The position numbers were made by a program, and so were the translations under genes. Positions 18,982-27,202 of a DNA stretch of 49,343 nucleotides are shown here, one piece after another. Within the stretch, counting starts at the first letter, position 1; each line of letters begins with the position of its first letter. Source of the DNA: a virus (lineage: Duplodnaviria > Caudoviricetes); IMG/VR virus record IMGVR_UViG_3300033143_003771, positions 1 to 49,343 of that record; one strand, 5' to 3'. The notes under the pieces were generated by a model, which saw only the letters and a list, made by a program, of their open reading frames with translations, ran no database searches and was not told the DNA's origin.

Positions 18982-19202
18982 TGTGTCGGCCCCGCCTCGG
19001 CGCGGAGCCGCAGGCTCAGGACATGGTTACCCCTGATAATGTCGGCGAGGCTCCAGCTTCGCTCGATCTCCTCCAGGGTAGCCATGTTCTCCATCACGAG
19101 CCTCCATATCGGCCATTCCTCGGCTACGGGGTCGTATTCGTCACCGAGGACGTCTCTGGGGTCGAACCAATCGCTGAGCCGATCGTCGTCGACATCTTTC
19201 CC
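18978..19202 (-). CDS. Tail assembly chaperone C-terminal extension (-1 frameshift product; absent from ORF track)
   Basis: -1 frame open from GGGAAAG to a TGA overlapping the tape measure ATG; encodes ...EEWPIWRLVMENMATLEEIERSWSLADIIRGNHVL... Confidence 0.8.
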   Translation of the reverse strand, partial: GKDVDDDRLSDWFDPRDVLGDEYDPVAEEWPIWRLVMENMATLEEIERSWSLADIIRGNHVLSLRLRAEAGPTQ

Positions 19203-19630
19203 AATGCCGAAGAAACCGCCGGCCCCAGAAAGCTGGCGAAAGGGCCAATGAAATTCACCTCGACCACGAATGCCAGAACCTGGAAAAGAAGCAAAACATT
19301 GCCCTTGAAGAGCTGCTCGAACATCTTGACGGTCGATTGCCCATCGCAGAGCGTCTGCCCAAGGAGTCTCTTGGACAAGTTGAAGAGTTCGTCATCGCCA
19401 AGCTTCGTGGCGAGCTTCCCTGCCAGGCCCGCCGCACCACCCGCCATATCGAGGAGAAACGCCCCCGTCACCTCAGCGTCGGGGTCCAGTCCTGAAACAG
19501 CCTCTTTCACAGCCTCGAAGATGGGTTCGCCAGCCAAGGCAACCAACGTTCGGAAGAGTGCCAGGCCCTCCCGGCCGTTGAACGTCTCGACCGTCCAGTT
19601 GTGCTCGCCGATCACTCGATCATGGGGCAC
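19124..19630 (-). CDS. Tail assembly chaperone
   Basis: Between tube and tape measure genes; RBS AGGAGG; FVVEVNF C-terminal motif; slippery site. Confidence 0.8.
   Translation of the reverse strand: MPHDRVIGEHNWTVETFNGREGLALFRTLVALAGEPIFEAVKEAVSGLDPDAEVTGAFLLDMAGGAAGLAGKLATKLGDDELFNLSKRLLGQTLCDGQSTVKMFEQLFKGNVLLLFQVLAFVVEVNFIGPFASFLGPAVSSALGKMSTTIGSAIGSTPETSSVTNTTP
19196..19202 (-). other. Programmed -1 ribosomal frameshift heptamer G GGA AAG
   Basis: Same heptamer and frame (Gly-Lys) as lambda G/GT. Confidence 0.85.
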
Positions 19631-19639
19631 GGAATCCTC

Positions 19640-20068
19640 CTAGACGTTGGTCGGCAGCGCGGGAAACTCGAAGCTCAGCCGCGAGCAGGAGATGGTCCAG
19701 ACGTGATCCTCTGCTTCCTTGCCACGCTTCACTTCGGGCCAACCCTTGATCCAGCCCTCGCCGGCATGGACGGTCTGACCGAGGTTGTCGACGATGAGAA
19801 TCGGATGCACCTGTGAACCCAAGAGCTCATCCAGCGCGAGCAGGCCCCCTAGGGTCGCGTTCCCGCCGCTTGTCTGCTTGAGGGTGATCTGGATCTCGCC
19901 GGTTTGGTTGGCGCTCTGACGTCTCGCCACCTCGCCATCTGCCCCCACAACCGGCTCGTAGACATCCTCGTTGCGCTTACATGTGACGATCTCGTCCCCG
20001 AAGCCAGTGATGATCTGCCCTCCGAAGGTGACCACCATCAGCCCGGGAGCGTAAGTCTGCACGTACAT
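19640..20068 (-). CDS. Tail tube protein (DUF3277-like)
   Basis: TY.P..V.FGG..ITGF, VGADG, G.I.ITL.QTS..N motifs; follows sheath. Confidence 0.85.
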   Translation of the reverse strand: MYVQTYAPGLMVVTFGGQIITGFGDEIVTCKRNEDVYEPVVGADGEVARRQSANQTGEIQITLKQTSGGNATLGGLLALDELLGSQVHPILIVDNLGQTVHAGEGWIKGWPEVKRGKEAEDHVWTISCSRLSFEFPALPTNV

Positions 20069-20095
20069 TTCTTTCCTCCTTCGCCAGCTCTAGGG

Positions 20096-21148
20096 CTAGA
20101 CGGTGATGTTGCCTCGAATCACGATGTGGTTGAGGGCTCCCGCCAGGCGCCGCTGGAAACACTTGGGAGCGTTCAGCGTGCGGGTGAGCTTGTCGGCCGC
20201 GCTGATGCTCGACGCGGCGGGGAACGACACGTAGTCGCCCTGATCCGCGTCGAACGGCGCGAGAACCCCGTTATCCGTCGCCCGCTGCAGCACCCGCCGC
20301 ACCGTCCCCTCGACGGTCTTGATCCCCGCGTCGGTGAAGGGCAGCTTGTCGATGTTGACTAGGAGGGAGTAGATCTCCTCCTGGAGGGTCGCCTCGAGCC
20401 AGTCGATCGCCTGGCGGATGTCCAGGAAATCGCCGCTCCCGGTCCAGCCCTCCTCAGTGACGTTGACCCCGCCGATCGTCTCGTAGGTCGAGCAGTACTT
20501 GTTGTGAGCGTTATTCCGCTGCGTCGAAGTTAGCGTGTCGGGCGTCACGCCGGCCAGAACCTTGTGCGCCCAGTTGATGGTGCCCGGGTCGTTCGGGAAG
20601 CACCGGCCGATCCATGCGGCCTCGGGGTAGAGCGACCCCCTGGTGTAGAGCGCCGCGGAGCGCTTGTAGGCGTTCGCCTTCGCAATGGCTGCGATGCTGG
20701 TGGAGTCGTCGGCCAGGGTCTGATCGATGATGTTGGTATCCCAGTGCGAGCAGACGAAAACCCTCTTGTTCGATTCGGTCCAAGACATCGCCGACTGGAT
20801 GTCCAGGGACGCCTTCGAACACAGAACAAGCCCGTACCAATCCGCATCCTCCTGGAGGCAGGCGGCAAGTGCGGCCGAAAGAGTCTCCGCGCCCCAGCGC
20901 CCCACCGCAACCTTCGTCGGGCAGGGGGTCTGCGCGAAGTAGGCGGCGACGGCCAGATAGATATCGTCGGTGGTAGCGAACCCGTCGGCGATCATCGCCG
21001 AGGAGAAATCCGCCTGGTCATACCAGCGGAGCCGGTCGGCCCAAACCGAGTGGGATCCCAGGACGAGCGCCCAACCGAAAGCACGGCGTGACACCGTCTG
21101 GGTGCTCTGGCTGATGGTGATGTCAACAACGTCGTCAATCGCGGGCAT
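20096..21148 (-). CDS. Contractile tail sheath protein (DUF3383-like, compact)
   Basis: YFAQTP.P.KV.VGRW, PG...WAHK.LAGV, G.FLDI....DWL, KLPFTDAGI motifs. Confidence 0.88.
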   Translation of the reverse strand: MPAIDDVVDITISQSTQTVSRRAFGWALVLGSHSVWADRLRWYDQADFSSAMIADGFATTDDIYLAVAAYFAQTPCPTKVAVGRWGAETLSAALAACLQEDADWYGLVLCSKASLDIQSAMSWTESNKRVFVCSHWDTNIIDQTLADDSTSIAAIAKANAYKRSAALYTRGSLYPEAAWIGRCFPNDPGTINWAHKVLAGVTPDTLTSTQRNNAHNKYCSTYETIGGVNVTEEGWTGSGDFLDIRQAIDWLEATLQEEIYSLLVNIDKLPFTDAGIKTVEGTVRRVLQRATDNGVLAPFDADQGDYVSFPAASSISAADKLTRTLNAPKCFQRRLAGALNHIVIRGNITV

Positions 21149-21157
21149 TTCTCTCTC

Positions 21158-21700
21158 CTATGCGAGATCTGCGGTGAAGTCGAAGAACATCGCTTCTCCC
21201 GATTCGCTTCTAATGGTTCCATCACCGGCGACGTGCTCGATCACGCCCACGTCCTCGGTGTCGAGGTCCTTGACCCCGAAGGTGATGTCGCAGTGAACGC
21301 GCTCCTCTGACTCGGAATCGAGGAACTTTGTCAGGTCGTTGACCGGCCCCGGCAGTTGCGAGCAAAGGCCATTGGCTACCAACGCAAGTTGAATCGCATC
21401 CTTGCGGAGTGAGTTTCGCAGGGCGCGGATCAGGTCCATAGCCCCGGTGCCATAGGCGTTGATGCTCACGGTGATCAGTCGATCGCCGTAGTAAATCCGC
21501 TCCCCGGAGTCTATATCGACAGGGCCAACGTCGTCCTGCCCGATGTCGGTGATCGCTGAAAACCGCATCGAGAGGTAGGGGAGCTCGGGACGGGGGGCGT
21601 TCGGCCACGCGATGATCGCCCGCCCAGAGGGAAACACCGCCGTGATCCATGCCATGACGGCATCCTCGAGGTCGGTGCGAGAGCGAAGGGCGGCGGTCAT
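21158..21700 (-). CDS. Neck/tail terminator protein
   Basis: NAPRP.LPY motif, V.INAYG..A; position before sheath. Confidence 0.75.
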   Translation of the reverse strand: MTAALRSRTDLEDAVMAWITAVFPSGRAIIAWPNAPRPELPYLSMRFSAITDIGQDDVGPVDIDSGERIYYGDRLITVSINAYGTGAMDLIRALRNSLRKDAIQLALVANGLCSQLPGPVNDLTKFLDSESEERVHCDITFGVKDLDTEDVGVIEHVAGDGTIRSESGEAMFFDFTADLA

Positions 21701-22047
21701 GTCTTCTGCTCCTTGACCGCGGTGGCATTGTAGTGGGTCAATTCCGGGGTCATTCGGTGGTAGTTGACATCCTCGACCCTGTAGTATTCCCCCTCCCAGA
21801 GGATCCGATCACCCTTGCGCCCAGTCTCATCATCGAGGGCGTAGATTGGGTCCTGGCTCCACACGTTGATGGAATCTTTGGCCCGCTCTCCCTCGTCGGG
21901 GTGCGCCGTGCTGCTTGCCGCTGGCTGTACGCTCGCCGTGATTGTGACGTCGGACTCTGCCCCATCAGACCATCTGCCGCCAGAAAATGATCCCGCGGCG
22001 TATCGCTTCAGGGAAACCGAAATGAAAATGTCCGGGGAGAGTTGCAT
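21697..22047 (-). CDS. Head closure/head-tail joining protein
   Basis: I.ASVQP, P.EGER, D.I.W.GE.Y.V motifs. Confidence 0.75.
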   Translation of the reverse strand: MQLSPDIFISVSLKRYAAGSFSGGRWSDGAESDVTITASVQPAASSTAHPDEGERAKDSINVWSQDPIYALDDETGRKGDRILWEGEYYRVEDVNYHRMTPELTHYNATAVKEQKT

Positions 22048-23204
22048 CAAGCCACCTGGGTCAACGTCTGGATAACCGCATCCAACGAGCAGATGGCCAG
22101 CATCGAAAAGGCATCCCGGATGCTGTAACTCAGCACCACTCGGCCTTGATCGATGGCCAGCCCGGCGCAGAACTCGATCCCGTAGTTCCGGAAGACGAAT
22201 GCCGGCGAAACGGCCTCGATTCGCGTCAGTTCATCATCGCCCAACACGAAACGATGCAAGTAGAGGTTCCGGGGACCATCGAACCCGATCACCGGCCGAT
22301 GCTCGACCCAGAGCCACCGACTCCCCAGACGCACTGCCTGGGAGCCCCCACGCCACGGGGCGCCGTTGTACCACTTGATGTGGTGGGGATCCCGGCACAT
22401 CCCGGGGGTGACCAGCACCATTGGATCGCTGGTGTAGATCCAGCGTAATGGCTCGTCTTCCGTCGAGACCGGCATCCAATTCTTCTGGTGGTAGAGCGAC
22501 CAAGGCCCTCTGATTGCGAAAACGTCCTCGATGTCGCCAGTGGCGGTGAGCTTGAGCAGGCCCATTTCGCAGAGCAGGCCCATTTCGCCCCCTCCCACCA
22601 GTTTGGGGCGCTCAGCGAAGTTGCATGATGCCCAGTACTGCCCCGCGGACCAGAACAAGCGGCAGTCCTCGTAGCCCTGGACCGCCCCGGGCCGCGCGGG
22701 CTTGGGGTCGACCATCGTCTTGCAACTCAGGGGACGCCACGCATCATCGAACTCGACCCACCAGTTTCGGGTGCGACAGGTGGCGTCATCCTTACGAAAA
22801 AGGGTCACGCCCCCCACCCCTTGGCGATAGTTCACCCCCCGGATGATGGCGCACCGCCGGCCGTCGCGAAGGTGGACGGAGGGGGTCGACGATGCGAACT
22901 CGCCGCGCACCTCGGTCGGGACCTGCAAGCAGATGTCCTCCACCGGGCCGACCAGGGCGGGAAGCGGCTTGGCGATCTCCATGAACCGGCCGCGGCTCCC
23001 CAGCCACCGGGTGTACTGGTCTTCAAGGCCCCGCTCATTCTCTATGTCTTCCGGGCTGCGACTGGGGGGCGCTACCGGGGGCTCCACATGGGGCGCGGTG
23101 GGGCTCGGACGCATGCGCGCGGCACGTTGGGGCGGAAACTGGTCCTGGCGCCCCAGGGGGCACTGTAGGCCCTCCAGCTTGTCGCGCAGCGAGTACGTTA
23201 GCAT
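22047..23204 (-). CDS. Five-bladed beta-propeller, glycosidase/glycosyltransferase-associated domain
   Basis: R.VNY, GYEDCRLF, QKNWMP, WRGGSQ, YLHRFV, F.F...GIEFCAGL motifs; coupled to both neighbours. Confidence 0.7.
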   Translation of the reverse strand: MLTYSLRDKLEGLQCPLGRQDQFPPQRAARMRPSPTAPHVEPPVAPPSRSPEDIENERGLEDQYTRWLGSRGRFMEIAKPLPALVGPVEDICLQVPTEVRGEFASSTPSVHLRDGRRCAIIRGVNYRQGVGGVTLFRKDDATCRTRNWWVEFDDAWRPLSCKTMVDPKPARPGAVQGYEDCRLFWSAGQYWASCNFAERPKLVGGGEMGLLCEMGLLKLTATGDIEDVFAIRGPWSLYHQKNWMPVSTEDEPLRWIYTSDPMVLVTPGMCRDPHHIKWYNGAPWRGGSQAVRLGSRWLWVEHRPVIGFDGPRNLYLHRFVLGDDELTRIEAVSPAFVFRNYGIEFCAGLAIDQGRVVLSYSIRDAFSMLAICSLDAVIQTLTQVA

Positions 23205-23776
23205 CAGACCCGCCCCTTTGGCGTCATCTGTCGACGACCATGGACCAGAATGCGCGCCCGCACAGATGCCTTCATGGTTCCGGTCCAGATCAGTGGGTGA
23301 TCAAACCGTCCCTGGAAAGCATGAGCCCCCTTGCTGACCCGGCCTGTTTTTCCTCGTCGAAGAGCTCCACCCTCGCGCCGCTTGGTGCTCTCGGCTTTCG
23401 GTGGTTCTGTCACGGCATCAATGGTTTTTCGGACGTCTCCCGCCGCTGCTTCGCCGAAAACGGTCAACGCGCTAAACACCTTGACCCTGCCCTTGGATTC
23501 GGCAACCCGATTGAGGCTTTTCTGGAGAAGACGCCGCCACTTCGACTCGTTCTCTCTGACCGCCCGACGCAAGAATGACCGTTCAGGAATCTTTCCATCC
23601 TTGGAACCGAACTCATTGACGGCTGCGTACTCGGCCACCGTCAGGTCCGAATGTGGATGTTGCTCTCCCTCGAAGATGCCGACATCGACGACTGCCCCAT
23701 CAAAAGATTCGATCTGCGCAAGAATTTTCTTGAGCCCTAAATCGTGATCGATAGTGCGTCCGGTCATTTTCAACAT
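23204..23776 (-). CDS. Neck/tail completion (virion morphogenesis) protein
   Basis: V.VGI, A.YAA.NEFG...IPERSF.R, PLI.TG.M..S motifs. Confidence 0.85.
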   Translation of the reverse strand: MLKMTGRTIDHDLGLKKILAQIESFDGAVVDVGIFEGEQHPHSDLTVAEYAAVNEFGSKDGKIPERSFLRRAVRENESKWRRLLQKSLNRVAESKGRVKVFSALTVFGEAAAGDVRKTIDAVTEPPKAESTKRREGGALRRGKTGRVSKGAHAFQGRFDHPLIWTGTMKASVRARILVHGRRQMTPKGRV

Positions 23777-24174
23777 CAGCTTGTCCTGTCGAACATGCCG
23801 ACCTTGAATTTCGGCGGGTCACGATCGGTGTCTTCGTCCGCGGTATCTTTCCCTGAAATGGTCGTCCCACCAGCGAATGGGATCAGCCGGCCGCGCTTGC
23901 GCGAGAGTCGACCCAAGAGTGTTTTGTAGTTGCTGAGCCTTTCTCCGTAGCTAATGGAGATTGCTCCGACCGACTGCGAAACCAGGCGTGCATACTTCGC
24001 GATCAGTGAGTCGACGCATGCAATGGCGCACTCGTTGACCGTGGGGTAGAGGCCCAGTAGATAATCGATCTCCTCGTCGGTGAGTTGCTGATCGTTGGTG
24101 TCCGTGTCGCCGATCGCGAAACGGACAGCATCCCGGTCGCTGCTTGATGGGTCTCCGGAATATGACCAGCTCAC
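23776..24174 (-). CDS. Head-to-tail adaptor
   Basis: SWSYSGDP...DAVRF.IGDTD...L.DEEI.Y motif; first gene after capsid. Confidence 0.85.
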   Translation of the reverse strand: MSWSYSGDPSSSDRDAVRFAIGDTDTNDQQLTDEEIDYLLGLYPTVNECAIACVDSLIAKYARLVSQSVGAISISYGERLSNYKTLLGRLSRKRGRLIPFAGGTTISGKDTADEDTDRDPPKFKVGMFDRTS

Positions 24175-24244
24175 TTTTACGCCTCCAGCCCCCGGCCGGC
24201 TCAGAGTGGCCGGCGCCGGGGCTGTGGCGGCCGGCTCGCCGGAG

Positions 24245-25252
24245 TTAGGCCGAAATCACCTTGTCCATGAAGCAACCCAGGTCGGAACAGATGATCTTCA
24301 GATCGTATGGCATCTCACCCTCGACCCGGTGAATCTTCTTCCAGATCATCGGGTAGTCGAGCATACGCATGCCCATCCCGCCCGGCTCGTTCTGAACCGC
24401 CCCGAAAAGATTGTTCCAGACAAAAGTGTAACAGGCCGTCGGGACCTCGATGGCGGGGGCCGGCTCGACGTAGCCCAGGAGGACTCCGTTGGACATGATG
24501 TGGTCTACCGAGTCGGCCGCGCCCTCGGCGGCGCTGTTCACCACCGCGGATGCGACGATCACCTCATCGAGCTCCCAGAGATCGGCCACGATATCGGTCG
24601 TCTTCCGGGTGATGTTCCCGCGCTGAGTGTACTTGATCCGGTCGATCATCTGCGGGTGGTTCTTGATCACCTCCCAGACGTCCTCGGCGATGACTGCCTT
24701 GTTCGGGAACCGGCCGGTGGTCTGCTGCACCAGCCGGCGGGCCACCGCAATGTCGATATTGGGGTCGCTGTCGTCCAAACTCCAGCGGAGGAAACTCGTC
24801 CCCGGGACAGCCCCCGCTGCCACGCCTGTGAGGTCGTTGGACCAGACCGCGGCCTTGAAAAAGGCGAGCGCCCAATCGATCTCGAGACGGGTCATCAGCC
24901 ACTGGACAACGTTGCGGGTCGCCGCCCGTTTGGGGTTCAGCGGGTTGTCGGCGTTAGCAATGGTGTCCATGTCGAGGTCCTGGTGGATGGCCCTCGTCTG
25001 GCAGAAGAATGGACCCTCCTGGGACAGGCGGACGTCCGTCCCCTCGGACTCCGCGCCCACCGCGCGAATCTTGGCGACGTTCCGCAGCAGGTCTCCCTTG
25101 TTGAACTGGAAGTAGAGGTTCGACTGCTTGTTGCTGGGAACGATGGGCGCGAACTTGGTGGCGACGTACAGCCCCAGTTCCTGGCGGTAGGCCACGCTGA
25201 AGTTCGTCAACGCCTGGTTGACGTGCACATCCTGGGGGGTAACGTGTGGCAT
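24245..25252 (-). CDS. Major capsid protein (HK97 fold)
   Basis: DVHV...LTN.SVAY.Q, P.V...KQS..YF.F, SDP..DI, HP..IDRIKYT motifs; RBS GGAG. Confidence 0.9.
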   Translation of the reverse strand: MPHVTPQDVHVNQALTNFSVAYRQELGLYVATKFAPIVPSNKQSNLYFQFNKGDLLRNVAKIRAVGAESEGTDVRLSQEGPFFCQTRAIHQDLDMDTIANADNPLNPKRAATRNVVQWLMTRLEIDWALAFFKAAVWSNDLTGVAAGAVPGTSFLRWSLDDSDPNIDIAVARRLVQQTTGRFPNKAVIAEDVWEVIKNHPQMIDRIKYTQRGNITRKTTDIVADLWELDEVIVASAVVNSAAEGAADSVDHIMSNGVLLGYVEPAPAIEVPTACYTFVWNNLFGAVQNEPGGMGMRMLDYPMIWKKIHRVEGEMPYDLKIICSDLGCFMDKVISA

Positions 25253-25311
25253 TTTCTCTCTCCGTTAGCCCCCAAGGGGGCGTGGCGTTAGTGGCTCCAG
25301 TTCACAGCCGG

Positions 25312-25701
25312 TTAGGGGGACAGAACCGAGGCGGTCCCCTTGTAAAAGATAAAAGCCTTGCGGATCTCGCCGGAGACGCCGGCTTCCTGCATCTCGCCGA
25401 ATGTTCCCCAGCCGGCGATCGATGCGATCCAGTGGCCGGAGCCATCCAGGGCGGGCATGATCTTGTCCCCGGCCGACACGGTCCCGCCCAGCATCACTGG
25501 GACCTCGCCGAACCGGCAGACCGAGGCGCCGCGCCCGGCCGCTTCTGGCTTGTTGACCAAAACGCCGGTCGGCTCGTCCGTCGCCCCGTCGCAGAGGTTC
25601 ACCGTGTCGTCCGCGGTGATGCGCACGGCATGGTACTGGTAACTCGACAGGTCAGCCGCTGCGAGCTTGCTGAACAGCTGAAGGGTGCTCTCGTTGCTCA
25701 T
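25312..25701 (-). CDS. Capsid decoration/cement protein (DUF2190-like)
   Basis: AAADLS..QY.AV, GVL.NKP..G..A.V...G motifs. Confidence 0.8.
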   Translation of the reverse strand: MSNESTLQLFSKLAAADLSSYQYHAVRITADDTVNLCDGATDEPTGVLVNKPEAAGRGASVCRFGEVPVMLGGTVSAGDKIMPALDGSGHWIASIAGWGTFGEMQEAGVSGEIRKAFIFYKGTASVLSP

Positions 25702-25763
25702 GATGGGCTCCTCTTTCGACCATGGCGCCGGTCCCCCGGCTCAGGTCAGACCTTGGCTATGGA

Positions 25764-26753
25764 CTACCCGATGGGCCGGGGGGTGCTCTCGCTCTTCTCC
25801 GCGTCGTACTGCTTCGCCAGGTCGGGATTCAGGTCGAGCACGGTGGTGATCGCCTTGCTCATCGGCATCACCTCTCCCGAGGTGGCGCTCTTCTGCACCA
25901 GCTCCCCGGCCATGGCGGTCACCCGCTGCCAGGTGCTGCCCACTCCGTGCGCCTTGGTGCCCTGCTCGGCGAAGAGGGCGCTCTTGGCGATCACTCCCTC
26001 GACGGTGCCGAGCAACTTCTCCAGGGCCTCGCCCTGCTTGGGGTCAGCCTCGCTGACCACCCGCATCAGGGTCCCGAGCTCGTCGGTCCCCAGGGGGACG
26101 TGGGGGAGCTTGATGGCCTTGGAGACCATCACGCGCTGCCGCTCGGCCTTGGCCTGGAGGTCGGCGCTCTTCCGGAGTTCCTCGAGCTCACGGGCGTTCG
26201 CGTCGGCGCTCTTGCGGAGCTCCTCGATCTGCGCGCGGGCGGCGGCGGGCAGCTCCGCGATGACCTGATGGACCGGCTTGTGGCCGACCCACCCCGCCAG
26301 GAGATCGAGCGCTGGCTTGACGTCGGGGGTCGCGGCGTCGAGAAAGCCAACGCTCTTCTGGATCAGCTCCTTGGCCTCGTCGAGCTTGGCCACGCTCTCA
26401 TCGACGCTTTTCTTGAGCCCCTCGAGCTTCTTGGCATCATCCTTCTTGGCATCATCGTCATCGTCGGAGATCCCGAATGCCTTCTGAAACGATTTCCACT
26501 GCTCGGACTTCATCTCGCCCTTACACTTGGCGAGCATCCCGAACGCCTTCTTGATCAGATCCTTCTGGGCTGCGGTCGCATCGCTCTTGGCGAGCCACTC
26601 CTCGGCCAGCTTGGCAAGGGGCATCAGTTTCTCCTCTGACTTTTGAAAGATGGACAACCAACGATTGGCGGGAAACTTCGTCGGGCTCGTCTCGAAAACC
26701 GAAATTTCTTCGAGGAATGTTTCTTCTGAACGGTTGTCAAAAAGGCCCGGCAC
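25764..26753 (-). CDS. Capsid scaffolding protein
   Basis: Lys/Ala/Glu-rich helical protein with repeated KS/KA sites; N-terminal EIS...PAN motif; LF.E.G and NPDL..QY tail. Confidence 0.75.
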   Translation of the reverse strand: MPGLFDNRSEETFLEEISVFETSPTKFPANRWLSIFQKSEEKLMPLAKLAEEWLAKSDATAAQKDLIKKAFGMLAKCKGEMKSEQWKSFQKAFGISDDDDDAKKDDAKKLEGLKKSVDESVAKLDEAKELIQKSVGFLDAATPDVKPALDLLAGWVGHKPVHQVIAELPAAARAQIEELRKSADANARELEELRKSADLQAKAERQRVMVSKAIKLPHVPLGTDELGTLMRVVSEADPKQGEALEKLLGTVEGVIAKSALFAEQGTKAHGVGSTWQRVTAMAGELVQKSATSGEVMPMSKAITTVLDLNPDLAKQYDAEKSESTPRPIG

Positions 26754-26771
26754 TCAATCAGAGTTGAGTGC
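26750..26771. promoter_or_regulatory. Perfect 8-bp inverted repeat GCACTCAA-N6-TTGAGTGC overlapping scaffold start codon
   Basis: Directly visible; a TTGACT hexamer lies just upstream on the minus strand. Confidence 0.45.
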
Positions 26772-26806
26772 GAGCGTTTTTAAGTCAAGAAAACGCAGGT
26801 CTTTTT

Positions 26807-27202
26807 TTAGAGGATATGTTCCGGGGTGAGAATAACCGCAGGGCTTCCCACGGTGTTGAGAACGAACGTTGTAAGACTGCGGATAGGGATGATTCGGCAC
26901 CCGAGGGGTCCAGCGATGGCGATTTCTTCCGATTGGAGACGCCCTTGCAACCCACGCGCACGGGTGAACGACGCGACAAAATCGGCGCCACCCATGCTAT
27001 CGATGAACGCCTCTGATGCACTCTTGGATGATTCCTGATTCTTCAAATCCTTTGCAGCTGCCACGTCTTTATCGCTCCAATCCAGCCGACGCATCGTGTC
27101 CTGCCGCCCGTTACTAGACGGCGTGAGGTAGCCTTCCCGCTGCCATCTCAACAGTTGTTGCTGTGAGACCCCGGCGAGCTTAGCCGCTTCCTGGGTCGTC
27201 AT
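26807..27202 (-). CDS. MerR-family HTH DNA-binding protein
   Basis: MTTQEAAKLAGVSQQQLLRWQREGYLTP...R..WS..DV; ATGA overlap with protease stop. Confidence 0.75.
   Translation of the reverse strand: MTTQEAAKLAGVSQQQLLRWQREGYLTPSSNGRQDTMRRLDWSDKDVAAAKDLKNQESSKSASEAFIDSMGGADFVASFTRARGLQGRLQSEEIAIAGPLGCRIIPIRSLTTFVLNTVGSPAVILTPEHIL

Noticed and set aside
9899-21148. Stand-alone contractile injection system or tailocin
   Set aside because: Capsid, scaffold, portal, terminase and replication genes are in the same locus, so it is a phage tail
24186-24224. GC-rich hairpin after the major capsid gene as an intrinsic terminator
   Set aside because: No U-tract on the coding strand; it may stabilise mRNA but cannot be called a terminator
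24095-26639. Long plus-strand ORFs antisense to capsid and scaffold genes (also opposite portal and baseplate J)
   Set aside because: Typical shadow ORFs of GC-rich codon usage; no motifs or RBS
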